From an uncultured Candidatus Saccharibacteria bacterium (GTDB taxonomy: Bacteria; Patescibacteriota; Minisyncoccia; Phycocordibacterales; UBA2100), in NCBI GenBank assembly GCA_964462785.1, contig CAYWZA010000003.1, positions 1 to 64,000 of the forward strand: 64,000 nt of DNA. Direction: 5' to 3'. Position 1 is the first letter of the stretch. Each line of letters opens with the position of its first letter. A program made the position numbers and the translations under genes. Of the stretch, positions 9,221 to 18,164 are shown piece by piece. Under the pieces are notes generated by a model. The model did no database searches, was not told the DNA's origin, and was given only the letters and a program-made list of their open reading frames with translations.

Positions 9221-10765
9221 TCATGGAGAACCGAGGATGGTCACGGAGGCGCTGCGGCTGCTCTGGCTTCCAGCGGGACCATATGTAAGTGTGGCGGAAT
9301 AATTTGCACTCGTCGTGTTTGTTGGGTAGGTGTGTGTGAGCGTTTGACGATCGACGGTTGCCGCGCAACCGCTTCCCTGTGCGCGCGATGCAGGTGTTGA
9401 TCCATCGCCCCAGTTGAATGTGAATGCGGTACACGCATCCGCCAGATCAAACGTTGCGCGCACGCGCTGGAATACGCCATCATACCCAGGAGTTAACACC
9501 AAATTGGGATTTACCGCGGAGCTCGTGGGTGATGAAGCAACAACATTTACACTCGCAGCGGGCGCAGTACTGCCGACACTCGCCGACGGCACCGCATAGA
9601 GGCGCACGGTATACGCACCGGCAGTGGTATATCGATGCGTCAGTGTCGAAGTAATGGCGGTACAAGCATTTGCCGGATAGGTGAGCGGCGCACGCTGACC
9701 ATCACCAAAATCAATCGTATACTCACCGCCTGTGCATGCGTTTCGGCTGTTGATGCGTGTCGTAAATACCACATCAAACGGCACGACACCACTTGCGGGA
9801 TGTGCGCTTACCGAGTCGGAGAGCGCGCTGCTGGTATTCGACTCGGTGTACGTAACACCGCCGACAGAACACGTGCGCGGAGTTGCGTTCGACACCACAC
9901 CGCCCGATGCAACGCATGCGGCAAAGCCGCTGGTCGGCTGCGTGGAGGATGGGTTGGATGAGCCGCTCAATACAGTAATGATGCTCGTTGTGTAGCTGGC
10001 ACCCACGCGCAGTGAGACAGTGTATGTTCCTGGATTGGCGTATACGTGAGGCACTACCTGCTCAAGCTCGGCACAGCGCCCCGCGGGGACTATGAGCGAC
10101 AGCGGTGCGGACCCGTCACCAAAATCAAGTGCGTAGGAACCATATTCACACGATCGAATGGTGTTTACTTTCGCAGTGATCATTGCGGTAAGCGGCGCAG
10201 CGCCAGTCGTTTTATTTACCCGCAATGAGCCACCCACAGATCCCGTTGTCGGTGCAGAGCCGCACCCATTCAAAAGTGCCAGTCGTGTCTTGGGGCCGAT
10301 GCGCCCATACCCCGATGACGCATAATCGCCTGCCGAGACAATTCCGCACGCAATTTGGAATTTTTGTACTGCTGCTTCGGTGAGTGGGCCATAGAAACCC
10401 GTACTCTGACCGTTCGGATATATTGAGGCATCGCGCGCAAGGAAAATCTGGAGCTTCGTCACATCAGCACCACTATCGCCTCGCCCGATATCGCGATCCA
10501 GCTGAAGCCCGCCCGTAAGAACGCTGCCTGTGGTCGCAATAACTGTGTTTGGCGCGGGGGTAGTAGTTGTGTAGGTAGGTGTGGATGCGGATGTTGCCGG
10601 AAGCTGATCGAGCTGCACACGCAGCGCAGCGAGTCGCGCGAGCAAAGCATTCACTTGTGCTTGCAGCTCATCGAGGGTTTGCGCATGCGCAAACATCGGG
10701 GTGCTTATTGAAAAAATTGCAGCAATAGCAAACAACACTCCCACCACTCTTACTGAAACCGCCAT
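9221..10765 (-). CDS. Secreted protein with peptidoglycan-binding domain and three PKD-like domains
   Basis: Signal peptide; DVTKLQIFL...GFYGPLTEAAVQKFQ PG-binding; repeated DFGDG/WGDG...HxY...G.Y PKD motifs. Confidence 0.85.
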   Translation of the reverse strand: MAVSVRVVGVLFAIAAIFSISTPMFAHAQTLDELQAQVNALLARLAALRVQLDQLPATSASTPTYTTTTPAPNTVIATTGSVLTGGLQLDRDIGRGDSGADVTKLQIFLARDASIYPNGQSTGFYGPLTEAAVQKFQIACGIVSAGDYASSGYGRIGPKTRLALLNGCGSAPTTGSVGGSLRVNKTTGAAPLTAMITAKVNTIRSCEYGSYALDFGDGSAPLSLIVPAGRCAELEQVVPHVYANPGTYTVSLRVGASYTTSIITVLSGSSNPSSTQPTSGFAACVASGGVVSNATPRTCSVGGVTYTESNTSSALSDSVSAHPASGVVPFDVVFTTRINSRNACTGGEYTIDFGDGQRAPLTYPANACTAITSTLTHRYTTAGAYTVRLYAVPSASVGSTAPAASVNVVASSPTSSAVNPNLVLTPGYDGVFQRVRATFDLADACTAFTFNWGDGSTPASRAQGSGCAATVDRQTLTHTYPTNTTSANYSATLTYGPAGSQSSRSASVTILGSP

Positions 10766-10855
10766 GCCTCCATTCTCTCACCCGCCCGCCCGCCCCACAA
10801 CCCGAAATCCCCATAACTTGGGTCAATGCATAAGAGGGATTATAGTGAGGAATAC

Positions 10856-10928
10856 CCGCCTGTAGCTCAATGGTTAGAGCACGGAGCTTATACCTCCGGG
10901 GTTCCTGGTTCGAGTCCAGGCAGGCGGA
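10856..10928 (+). tRNA. tRNA-Ile(UAU)
   Basis: Cloverleaf: acceptor CCGCCTG/CAGGCGG, anticodon arm CGGAG-CTTATAC-CTCCG (TAT at 10889-10891), T-loop TTCGAGT; CCA not encoded. Confidence 0.9.
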
Positions 10929-10978
10929 CAAATTCGAGCAAAGCGAGAATTTTCCGTCAGGAAAAATACTCGTGACGA

Positions 10979-11671
10979 CTAAGCGTCATCGGCCCGAAAG
11001 GAAAAATAATCAGCCAAAAGATCGTCGATCAATGGGTCGCCCCACGAGTAGTCTCTAATGATTGCTTCCGTTAATTTTGCGAGCTCTTGCTTTGCCGCAT
11101 TGAGCCGGTGAACCTGCTCAGGGTCATACTCCAGATCTTCCACTGCACGTGCGGTAATATCGTATCGTACACGAATTGATTCCCACAGTGTTCTGATCGC
11201 GTCCGAACTGACTCTGTGCTCGTACCCGAAAAAAGTGATCTCCTGCGGCGTGATGAGCAGGCGCAGTTTATTTGGCTGCCCCTGCTCATTACAATAAGCA
11301 ACCGTCATTAAGTCACTGGCAGATGGCGGCGAATGAGTCACCCCTGCAATAATCGGGTGGTTATGCACGCAGTCAGGATGTTTCGATAAGCGTGTGTCTG
11401 CTTCGCCATCGAAATGATGCTTGGATTGTCCCCGCTCGCCGGTGGTCAATACCCACCGCTGTACCCGATCTTCGTAGCTGATCAAAAATTCATACGGCAA
11501 TTGTGCCAACCGCTGTAGCTGCGGGGTGAAATCGGTCATGCTCTCGGGTTTGCGTATGGCGAAACTCTGTGGGGACGCGAGAACACGCCCACCTTGCGCG
11601 AGTAGATGATCAGCGATACTACTCATGGGTACATCGAGTGTACGCGGCGCACTCTCCATACGTGCATGCAT
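10979..11671 (-). CDS. Hypothetical protein with JAB/MPN-like metal-binding motif
   Basis: HNHP...PPSASD (HxH-x~11-SxxD); TATAGT -10 just upstream of ATG. Confidence 0.6.
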   Translation of the reverse strand: MHARMESAPRTLDVPMSSIADHLLAQGGRVLASPQSFAIRKPESMTDFTPQLQRLAQLPYEFLISYEDRVQRWVLTTGERGQSKHHFDGEADTRLSKHPDCVHNHPIIAGVTHSPPSASDLMTVAYCNEQGQPNKLRLLITPQEITFFGYEHRVSSDAIRTLWESIRVRYDITARAVEDLEYDPEQVHRLNAAKQELAKLTEAIIRDYSWGDPLIDDLLADYFSFRADDA

Positions 11672-11686
11672 GCGATCACTATAGCA

Positions 11687-13612
11687 TTAGACTTGGTGTT
11701 CAATATCCTGCTTCTTTTTAGGAACGATGCTGTGGGCGATGAGAAGGTTTTCGAAATCAGCGCGCTCGATAGTTTCGTTTTCAATAAGCGCACGGGCGAT
11801 GGCGTCGAGCGCATCGCGGTGCTTCTTGATAACCGCCTCCGCTTTTTTATATGCACCATCGATAATATCCTGCACTTCTGCATCAATGCGCCCTGCCACG
11901 TCTTCGGAGTGTTCCCTCCCCTCGATACCCGATCCGAAAAGCGGCTTGCCACCGGAGGATTCAAGCGCGATCGGTCCGAATTTCTCCGACATGCCGAAGC
12001 GCGCAACCATATCACGCGCGAGCGCCGTCAGCACCTGCAAATCGTTTGATGCGCCGGTAGTGAGATCATCGAAGATGAGTTTCTCTGCGATGTAGCCACC
12101 GAGCGATACTGCAATGTCGTCAAGAAACTCTTTCTTGGATTGCATGCGGCGGTCTTCAAATGGAAGCTTCAATGTGTACCCAGCAGCGCGACCGCGCGAA
12201 ATAATCGAGACTTTGTGTACCGGGTCGGCGTACGGGAGTACTGACGCCACAATGGCATGCCCCGCTTCGTGATAGGCGGTGATTTCTTTTTCTTTGCTGT
12301 TCAAAATGTGCGAGCGGCGCTCAGGACCAAGCATGACTTTTTCAATGGAGCGAATGAGGTCGTATTGCGTGATCTCGGTGCGATCTTCACGCGCTGCAAG
12401 AATCGCGCCTTCATTCATGACGTTCGCAATGTCTGCACCGGAAAATCCCGGCGTGCGCTCCGCGATAATCAGCAAATTCACATCTGCGTGAAGCGGCTTC
12501 TTGCGCGCGTGGATCTTGAGAATCTCTTCGCGGTCTGATCTGTCAGGAAGGTCGATCATCACGCGCCTGTCGAAGCGCCCGGGGCGCAAAAGAGCAGGAT
12601 CGAGCACGTCGGGGCGATTCGTTGCCGCCATGACGATCACTTTTTCTGATGGCTCGAAACCATCGAGCTCAACGAGAATTTGATTGAGTGTTTGCTCGCG
12701 CTCATCGTTACCACCACCCACTCCCGTGCCACGTACACGCCCTACCGCATCGATTTCGTCGATGAACACAATGGCGGGCGCTTGGCGCTTTGCCGTCTGG
12801 AACAAATCACGCACGCGTGATGCGCCAACACCGACAAACATCTCAACGAATTCCGAACCGGAGATCGAGAAGAACGGCACCCCCGCCTCGCCTGCTACGG
12901 CGCGCGCAAGCAGCGTCTTTCCCGTGCCCGGTGCGCCCATGAGCATCACCCCCTTGGGGATGCGCGCGCCTATCGCAAGAAACTTTGCGGGATTCTTTAA
13001 GAAGTCGACAATTTCTGAGAGCTCCACTTTTGCCTCCTTCGCTCCGGCAATATCGTCAAACGTAATGCGCTCGGGGCCATCATCAAGCGAGAGCCGCGCG
13101 CGACTCTGCCCAAAGGTGAATGCCTGCATGCCGACGCCCTTCACCTGCCGCGAGAAATACCAGATGATACCGAAGAGAAGGAATATGGGGAGCAACAGCG
13201 GTGCGAGCTGGAAGAACCAGAAGCGGAAGCCACCCGGCTCCTCAATCTTGATTTCCACTTTTGCAAATTGTGCCGGTGTTACGCCGTAATTAAAGAGCGT
13301 TTCCGAAAGCGCAGCCTCAGATTCCTTCTTTGAAATTTTCTCACTCTCGTCTTTGTATATCGCGGTGATGTCGTCCCCGCTCACCACAATTGAGGTGATG
13401 GATCCTTCGGAAATGTCAGTAGCGATTTGTGAGAGCGACACCTCTGTAGTCTTCCCGAGAAATTCATCGGCGACGATGCCATAGCTCGCCAGCAAAAAAA
13501 GCATGATGAAAATCACCATGCCTGCCTGCATCCAGAAACTCATCGGTGCGGCCATCTGCGGCTTGTCTTTCTTGCCGCCCTTGCCATTCTCCTTTTTTTC
13601 ATCGTTCTTCAT
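11687..13612 (-). CDS. ftsH: ATP-dependent zinc metalloprotease FtsH
   Basis: Two TMs, [28 protein letters not shown]. Confidence 0.97.
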   Translation of the reverse strand: MKNDEKKENGKGGKKDKPQMAAPMSFWMQAGMVIFIMLFLLASYGIVADEFLGKTTEVSLSQIATDISEGSITSIVVSGDDITAIYKDESEKISKKESEAALSETLFNYGVTPAQFAKVEIKIEEPGGFRFWFFQLAPLLLPIFLLFGIIWYFSRQVKGVGMQAFTFGQSRARLSLDDGPERITFDDIAGAKEAKVELSEIVDFLKNPAKFLAIGARIPKGVMLMGAPGTGKTLLARAVAGEAGVPFFSISGSEFVEMFVGVGASRVRDLFQTAKRQAPAIVFIDEIDAVGRVRGTGVGGGNDEREQTLNQILVELDGFEPSEKVIVMAATNRPDVLDPALLRPGRFDRRVMIDLPDRSDREEILKIHARKKPLHADVNLLIIAERTPGFSGADIANVMNEGAILAAREDRTEITQYDLIRSIEKVMLGPERRSHILNSKEKEITAYHEAGHAIVASVLPYADPVHKVSIISRGRAAGYTLKLPFEDRRMQSKKEFLDDIAVSLGGYIAEKLIFDDLTTGASNDLQVLTALARDMVARFGMSEKFGPIALESSGGKPLFGSGIEGREHSEDVAGRIDAEVQDIIDGAYKKAEAVIKKHRDALDAIARALIENETIERADFENLLIAHSIVPKKKQDIEHQV

Positions 13613-13638
13613 AGCAACACATCCTATCATCTGTATCA

Positions 13639-13668
13639 AGACGGCGCAATCCTAAGATTGCGCCGTCT
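13639..13668 (-). terminator. Hairpin at 3' end of patatin-like gene
   Basis: 13-bp perfect inverted repeat AGACGGCGCAATC/GATTGCGCCGTCT. Confidence 0.7.
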
Positions 13669-14665
13669 ATTCAACGATACTGACTAGAGCTTCTTGCATC
13701 AGTTGTTTTGCAAACACATACCCCCGCTCGCCCGCTTCTCGCACCACCTGTCGATTCGTAGAGAGATATGAAATATCTTCGTGCACTTCCGGCGCGATGA
13801 TGCACCAGCGGATTTTTTTGCGCTCGCGCGGTGCCGGTCGTGTGGATTTTTTGAAAAGACCAATGAAAAATTCTTTCCACGTAGTTGCCTTGCGACGCGT
13901 GAGCATCTGCAGCTCGTATGCCATCACACTATCCATAGCAGCGGCACGATCACGCAATGAGCGCGGCATGCCGCGCAGCCACATGTACAGACGTCCAAAC
14001 CAAGGAAACAAGTGTAATTCGATCCACCCCATGTGTTCCGGAAGTGGTCGGTTGAAGATGATGAGTATATCAGTCGGTCGATATTTTTTTGCGATGTGTC
14101 TGATGGGAAGCGGCATACCAAATGCGCCATCACAGACCTGCCTGCCATCAATATGCACCGTGCCGGAGCATAAATCAGGAATCATCATCGACGCTTGTAC
14201 TGCTTCCACTGGATCAGCGGCTTGTTTAACGTCAATAGCCAGATATTTTCCGGTACTGAATTCAGTCGCATACACGATGAAGTCGGAGCGGTTGTTACGG
14301 AGCGCAGTGTCACTGATCGCCCGCAGCACTGTGGTGACCTGATCGATATGCATCTTAATGCCCCAGTTTTTTCTTACGATGAAATTGTTCAGCGTAAGAC
14401 TGGCGAAAATAGATCGCGCGAGTTTCGGTCTGCCGCTCATCACGCCAAACTGAACCGCAGCCCCACCGGAGACCGCCGCGCGCGCATCTGGCGCGTCGGG
14501 GGCATGTTCTGCTATTGCTTCAGCAACACCAGCCCCGTGCACGCACGCCATACCCCCGCCAAGCATGAGCTCCACAATTTTAAATGGCGGTTTCTCACCT
14601 CTATCGAGAGCGCGCTGTTGCAGAATGTAATTGACGAGCACTTGTTTGTTACCGAGCACTTGCAT
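13667..14665 (-). CDS. Patatin-like phospholipase family protein
   Basis: GGGM oxyanion motif, AVSGG nucleophile elbow, ASMMIP, DG motif; strong SD AGGAGG before ATG 14665. Confidence 0.75.
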   Translation of the reverse strand: MQVLGNKQVLVNYILQQRALDRGEKPPFKIVELMLGGGMACVHGAGVAEAIAEHAPDAPDARAAVSGGAAVQFGVMSGRPKLARSIFASLTLNNFIVRKNWGIKMHIDQVTTVLRAISDTALRNNRSDFIVYATEFSTGKYLAIDVKQAADPVEAVQASMMIPDLCSGTVHIDGRQVCDGAFGMPLPIRHIAKKYRPTDILIIFNRPLPEHMGWIELHLFPWFGRLYMWLRGMPRSLRDRAAAMDSVMAYELQMLTRRKATTWKEFFIGLFKKSTRPAPRERKKIRWCIIAPEVHEDISYLSTNRQVVREAGERGYVFAKQLMQEALVSIVE

Positions 14666-14759
14666 CGCTCCCTCCTTTCTTTTTGGGTATGAGTTTTTCC
14701 TTATACACTCTCTCAACTGTAGGGGGACAAGTGACTTATTGCACGGTATAGTTATCCAC

Positions 14760-15197
14760 ATGGTGTTGATAAGAAATAAAAAGGCACATCTGGAGTATGC
14801 TTTTCTTGAGAAATTCGAGGCGGGTTTGGAATTGCTGGGGCTTGAGGTGAAATCACTGCGTGCCGGCAGGGGCAATTTGGAGGGTGCGCGCGTCGTTGCG
14901 CGCGGCGGCGAAGCGTATTTGGTGGGAGCAACTATTCCCCCATATCAGGCAGGAAATACGCCAAAAGAGTACGATCCTGAGCGCACGCGGCGGCTATTGC
15001 TCTCAAAGCAAGAGATCGCGCAGGTGGCTTCCGCTGAGGGCGCAGAGGGCTTGACAGTAGTGCCTATTGCGGTGTATAATAAAGGGAGGAATTTAAAGCT
15101 TGAAGTCGCCATCGCGCGCGGCAAAAAGAAGTATGATAAAAGGCAGGATTTGAAGAAGCGCGACGAAGAGCGGCGTTTCAAGCGGAAAGAATTTTGA
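14760..15197 (+). CDS. smpB: SsrA-binding protein SmpB
   Basis: NKKAHLEY...EAGLEL.GLEVKSLRAG...RTRRLLL...ARGKKKYDKR. Confidence 0.97.
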   Translation: MVLIRNKKAHLEYAFLEKFEAGLELLGLEVKSLRAGRGNLEGARVVARGGEAYLVGATIPPYQAGNTPKEYDPERTRRLLLSKQEIAQVASAEGAEGLTVVPIAVYNKGRNLKLEVAIARGKKKYDKRQDLKKRDEERRFKRKEF

Positions 15198-15203
15198 AAA
15201 TTA

Positions 15204-15426
15204 ATTGTGAGTTGTGATGGGTCAACCATGGAGAAGATGGCTGGAGTTCCTGTTTATTCTCGGTGTTTTTGCGCTTGGATTTGGCGCAGGTATGATCCAC
15301 GGATTTAATCGTGGATACGACGAGGGTTTAATTGACGGAAAAGCTTCTATCAAACGAAACCCTACGTAGACCCCAGCACGAGCGCTGCTTAACCGCAACG
15401 CTCGCGCCCCCATCACAACTCACAAT
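15204..15426. repeat. 18-bp perfect inverted repeat enclosing a mini-ORF
   Basis: ATTGTGAGTTGTGATGGG (15204-15221) and CCCATCACAACTCACAAT (15409-15426). Confidence 0.85.
15217..15369 (+). CDS. Small single-TM protein (50 aa), not in ORF track
   Basis: Manual translation MGQPWRRWLEFLFILGVFALGFGAGMIHGFNRGYDEGLIDGKASIKRNPT; TM plus GxxxG repeats. Confidence 0.55.
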   Translation: MGQPWRRWLEFLFILGVFALGFGAGMIHGFNRGYDEGLIDGKASIKRNPT

Positions 15427-15460
15427 CACAGTACAAAATATCAAGGTTAAACCTTGATAT

Positions 15461-15780
15461 TAACGAGTGCTTGAGTGTGGCACTGAACTTTTATCACAAG
15501 GATGCCCACGCATGGGCAAAAAAACAGACTCACTAAAACAGTATCGGGAGTACCTTAACTCCCACAACGATCAGCTCGAGAGTTTCGAGCAATTGCATAT
15601 CGAGGCACGCGCAACCGCGCATTGCCGAGGGTCGCCTGAGCCAGAGATCGGTAGGGATGAGCTCTACTACCAAGGAGAGCTCGAATTCACCGATGGTCCC
15701 AGTGGTCCACTCACGCGGGCTTTTCGTTGACACTTCGGTGGGGAGAGCCACAACTCCCCGCCACACTTAAGCACTCGTTA
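15461..15780. repeat. 21-bp inverted repeat (1 mismatch) enclosing a mini-ORF
   Basis: TAACGAGTGCTTGAGTGTGGC (15461-15481) and GCCACACTTAAGCACTCGTTA (15760-15780). Confidence 0.85.
15512..15730 (+). CDS. Small hypothetical protein (72 aa)
   Basis: ORF MGKKTDSLKQYREY...; AAGGA SD-like upstream; no recognisable domain. Confidence 0.45.
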   Translation: MGKKTDSLKQYREYLNSHNDQLESFEQLHIEARATAHCRGSPEPEIGRDELYYQGELEFTDGPSGPLTRAFR

Positions 15781-15915
15781 TGATGACGAAGGTCCGACCT
15801 TCGTCAGAAAAGCACAGCCAGTCCCCGTGAGATATTAAACATTCAGCAGAGTACACAATTCAGTAATTCAGTTACGAAAGCGACTCGGTAGCAGAAACGA
15901 TTTTGGTATCTCACG

Positions 15916-16302
15916 GGGGGTGACTTGGCTTCGACATTGAGTTACGTGTTTTGAAGTGCATGACAGAAGTGAGCGTCTTCTTAAAAAAGCTCAAAACCTA
16001 AGTGCAAATAAAACAGCACGGGGGATTCTTTCACCTATTCAGATGAAAGATCTCGGCTTCGTTTACGCTACGGCCTAAGCGACCGTGTGCCTGTCTGACA
16101 TCCGATGAGATAGAGCGCACGTCATACACTTCGGATCCGACTTTCTTGCGCACCAAAGAAAGTTTAAAGAAAGAGTGCTCGGCATTGTAGGATCTTGTGT
16201 GTTCCCTACCTACAGCGCTTAAACAAAACATGAACGCACTACGTCATGTAGACAGTTCCTAACATTCCTCTTTGGACTCGGGTTCAATTCCCGACACTTC
16301 CA
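15916..16302 (+). ncRNA. ssrA: tmRNA
   Basis: 5' GGGGGTGAC...TTCGAC; 3' GGAC-TCGGG-TTCAATT-CCCGA-CACTTCC-A with G3.U; tag ORF 16004-16078 ANKTARGILSPIQMKDLGFVYATA*; near smpB. Confidence 0.93.
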
Positions 16303-16354
16303 CAGGTAAAACAAAAACGCTGCACTCATTAGTGCAGCGTTTTTGTTTTACCTG
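16303..16354. terminator. 24-bp perfect hairpin abutting tmRNA 3' end
   Basis: CAGGTAAAACAAAAACGCTGCACT-CATT-AGTGCAGCGTTTTTGTTTTACCTG. Confidence 0.75.
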
Positions 16355-16781
16355 GCTTGATTTGAAGAAACCTTTCTGCAAATTTCAAACGTTGCTTGAG
16401 TAAAGTTGGCGAATATTTGCCATTGCGGGGTGTTAGCGCAACATAACGATTGAGCGCGAACGTAGCCCTTCCCTTTTTATATCCGCGCAAGAAAGGTGTG
16501 ATTTGTCGAAGTACATCCAGGGCTTGTCTGCTGTAAATTTGATATGCAAAGGAAGGTGAGTGCTTATCTTTTGATCTGGTCTTTCTGGTGATTTTTCCCA
16601 CTCCAATGACACGACGTGCGTGTTCCAATAAACCATATTCAGTACTACTGATCGTTACAGCGAGATGCCGTTGGGCATTCTTCTGTTTATAAGTAAGAGT
16701 GATTGTGCCCTCACCATCAACCAACCCCGCCAGATATGCGGCGTCTGTTGTGCTCATATTTTTTGCGATTTTCTTACTCAT
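16329..16781 (-). CDS. LAGLIDADG homing endonuclease (single motif)
   Basis: AYLAGLVDGEGTITL; LRQITPFLRGYKK. Confidence 0.9.
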   Translation of the reverse strand: MSKKIAKNMSTTDAAYLAGLVDGEGTITLTYKQKNAQRHLAVTISSTEYGLLEHARRVIGVGKITRKTRSKDKHSPSFAYQIYSRQALDVLRQITPFLRGYKKGRATFALNRYVALTPRNGKYSPTLLKQRLKFAERFLQIKPGKTKTLH

Positions 16782-16956
16782 GACTACTATTATATAGGAG
16801 ATGGGGCTATCAGCAACCAGTCCACATCCAGAAAGAAAGGCAACTTCGATGCGCGCAAGCGTTTTTTGTTTGCTGAATTCCGTATTTCAGACTGTTTGTT
16901 TGTTGACACGCGCCTCTTTTTCACCGATGGTGAACGTAGAATATTGGAGAGACCCC

Positions 16957-17481
16957 ATGCACCACGAGACTGATGCTGAGTGGCACCGGCTGGAGTGCCT
17001 GTGTGCAGACTCTTTCGCCGAGTTGGTGGCAATCGCGATTAATGAACTGCATAAATTTCCTACTGGGTGCGAGCTGGTATGCGGTCCCATCACGACCGGC
17101 GGGCGCGGTAGCGTCGCTGAAAATATCGCAGTCTTTAACGCGACCATCCAAGCTCTACAAGCGCAAGGCAGACCTATCTTCAGCCAGCTGCCGTACGAAG
17201 AGCGTATATTCTTCTTTCGAAAGCGCTGGCTCGATGCTGATCCTTTACGCAAGGGGCAATATTACATGCCCATCCTTGAAGATTTTTATCATCCGCTTAT
17301 TAAAACGGGTCATATAAAAAAGGGGTGGTTCATCCCTGGGTGGGAATCGTCGCTTGGCGCCACATGGGAGCGCCAACATCTGACAGAAACTGCTGTAGAA
17401 GTCTGCGATCTCTCCAGCGATTGGGTTGACGAGGTCTTGCGTTCTGCGCAGAGCGACGGCACTGGATACACCCCGCAATAA
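16957..17481 (+). CDS. Hypothetical protein (weak resemblance to nucleoside 2-deoxyribosyltransferase-like/DUF4406 fold)
   Basis: VCGPITTGG...FIPGWESSLGATWE; SD GGAGAG before ATG 16957. Confidence 0.65.
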   Translation: MHHETDAEWHRLECLCADSFAELVAIAINELHKFPTGCELVCGPITTGGRGSVAENIAVFNATIQALQAQGRPIFSQLPYEERIFFFRKRWLDADPLRKGQYYMPILEDFYHPLIKTGHIKKGWFIPGWESSLGATWERQHLTETAVEVCDLSSDWVDEVLRSAQSDGTGYTPQ

Positions 17482-17570
17482 CATGCGGGGTCTTTTTTAC
17501 ACCATTGTTACGCCTTGCACCACCATCGCACCGCTGTACAGTAGAAACAGAACAATCATAGGAGCATAGT

Positions 17571-18164
17571 GTGCAAAATGTCTTCGCGCTCGCGGCAGGC
17601 ATCCTGCTTTTTGTCTCACTGATCATATACATAGTAAGTATCGTGTGCGGCAAGACCGTGCCCACTCGAGGCAGCTGGGTCACATGGGCAACGGTCGATA
17701 CCGCTCTCATCATCGGTATGTATGCCGAGGGTACGGTAAATCCGCAAATCCTCGTCGGCGCGATGGGCACCATCATGGTTGCACTTCTGTCGTTCCGCTA
17801 CGGCACGCCCACCTGGACGTGGCTCGAGAAAACATCACTCAAGATTCTCCCCGTTGGATTATTGCTCTGGGGTGTGAGCGGCAATGCACGTTGGAATATC
17901 TCCATCAGTCTCATCCTCATTACTATTGGCTGCCTGCCCACCTATCAATCGATGTGGGAAAAGCCAGAATTGGAAGATCGTGTGGCGTGGACGACGGCAT
18001 TTGTCTCTTCGATTGCAATGGTGCTTGCGCTTCCCCCGATCACTTTCGCATGGGAGATGATAGAGGTGTCTGCGCAGCCGATCACATTCCTGCTGACACA
18101 GATACCCATCATGTATCTGCTGTGGGTGCGCCCAAAAAAGAAAGGAGCGGAACGATGTCCCTGA
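17571..18164 (+). CDS. Multi-TM membrane protein (paralog 1)
   Basis: ~7 hydrophobic segments; P...SW..W and PT...W..P..E motifs; SD AGGAG. Confidence 0.75.
   Translation: MQNVFALAAGILLFVSLIIYIVSIVCGKTVPTRGSWVTWATVDTALIIGMYAEGTVNPQILVGAMGTIMVALLSFRYGTPTWTWLEKTSLKILPVGLLLWGVSGNARWNISISLILITIGCLPTYQSMWEKPELEDRVAWTTAFVSSIAMVLALPPITFAWEMIEVSAQPITFLLTQIPIMYLLWVRPKKKGAERCP

Noticed and set aside
14631-14875. Long overlap of the patatin and smpB ORFs
   Set aside because: Artefact of upstream start choice; starts at 14665 (-) and 14760 (+) remove the overlap
15204-15918. CRISPR array or integron attC array
   Set aside because: No direct repeats, no cas or intI gene, and no clear RYYYAAC/GTTRRRY attC ends; reported instead as a structural array
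15916-16302. Intron-containing or permuted tmRNA
   Set aside because: Acceptor stem and T-arm are contiguous and in standard order; the LAGLIDADG gene lies outside
17645-18154. N-terminal 170 aa of the 363-aa ORF
   Set aside because: Out-of-frame shadow of 17571-18164; the real start is 18155 with an SD
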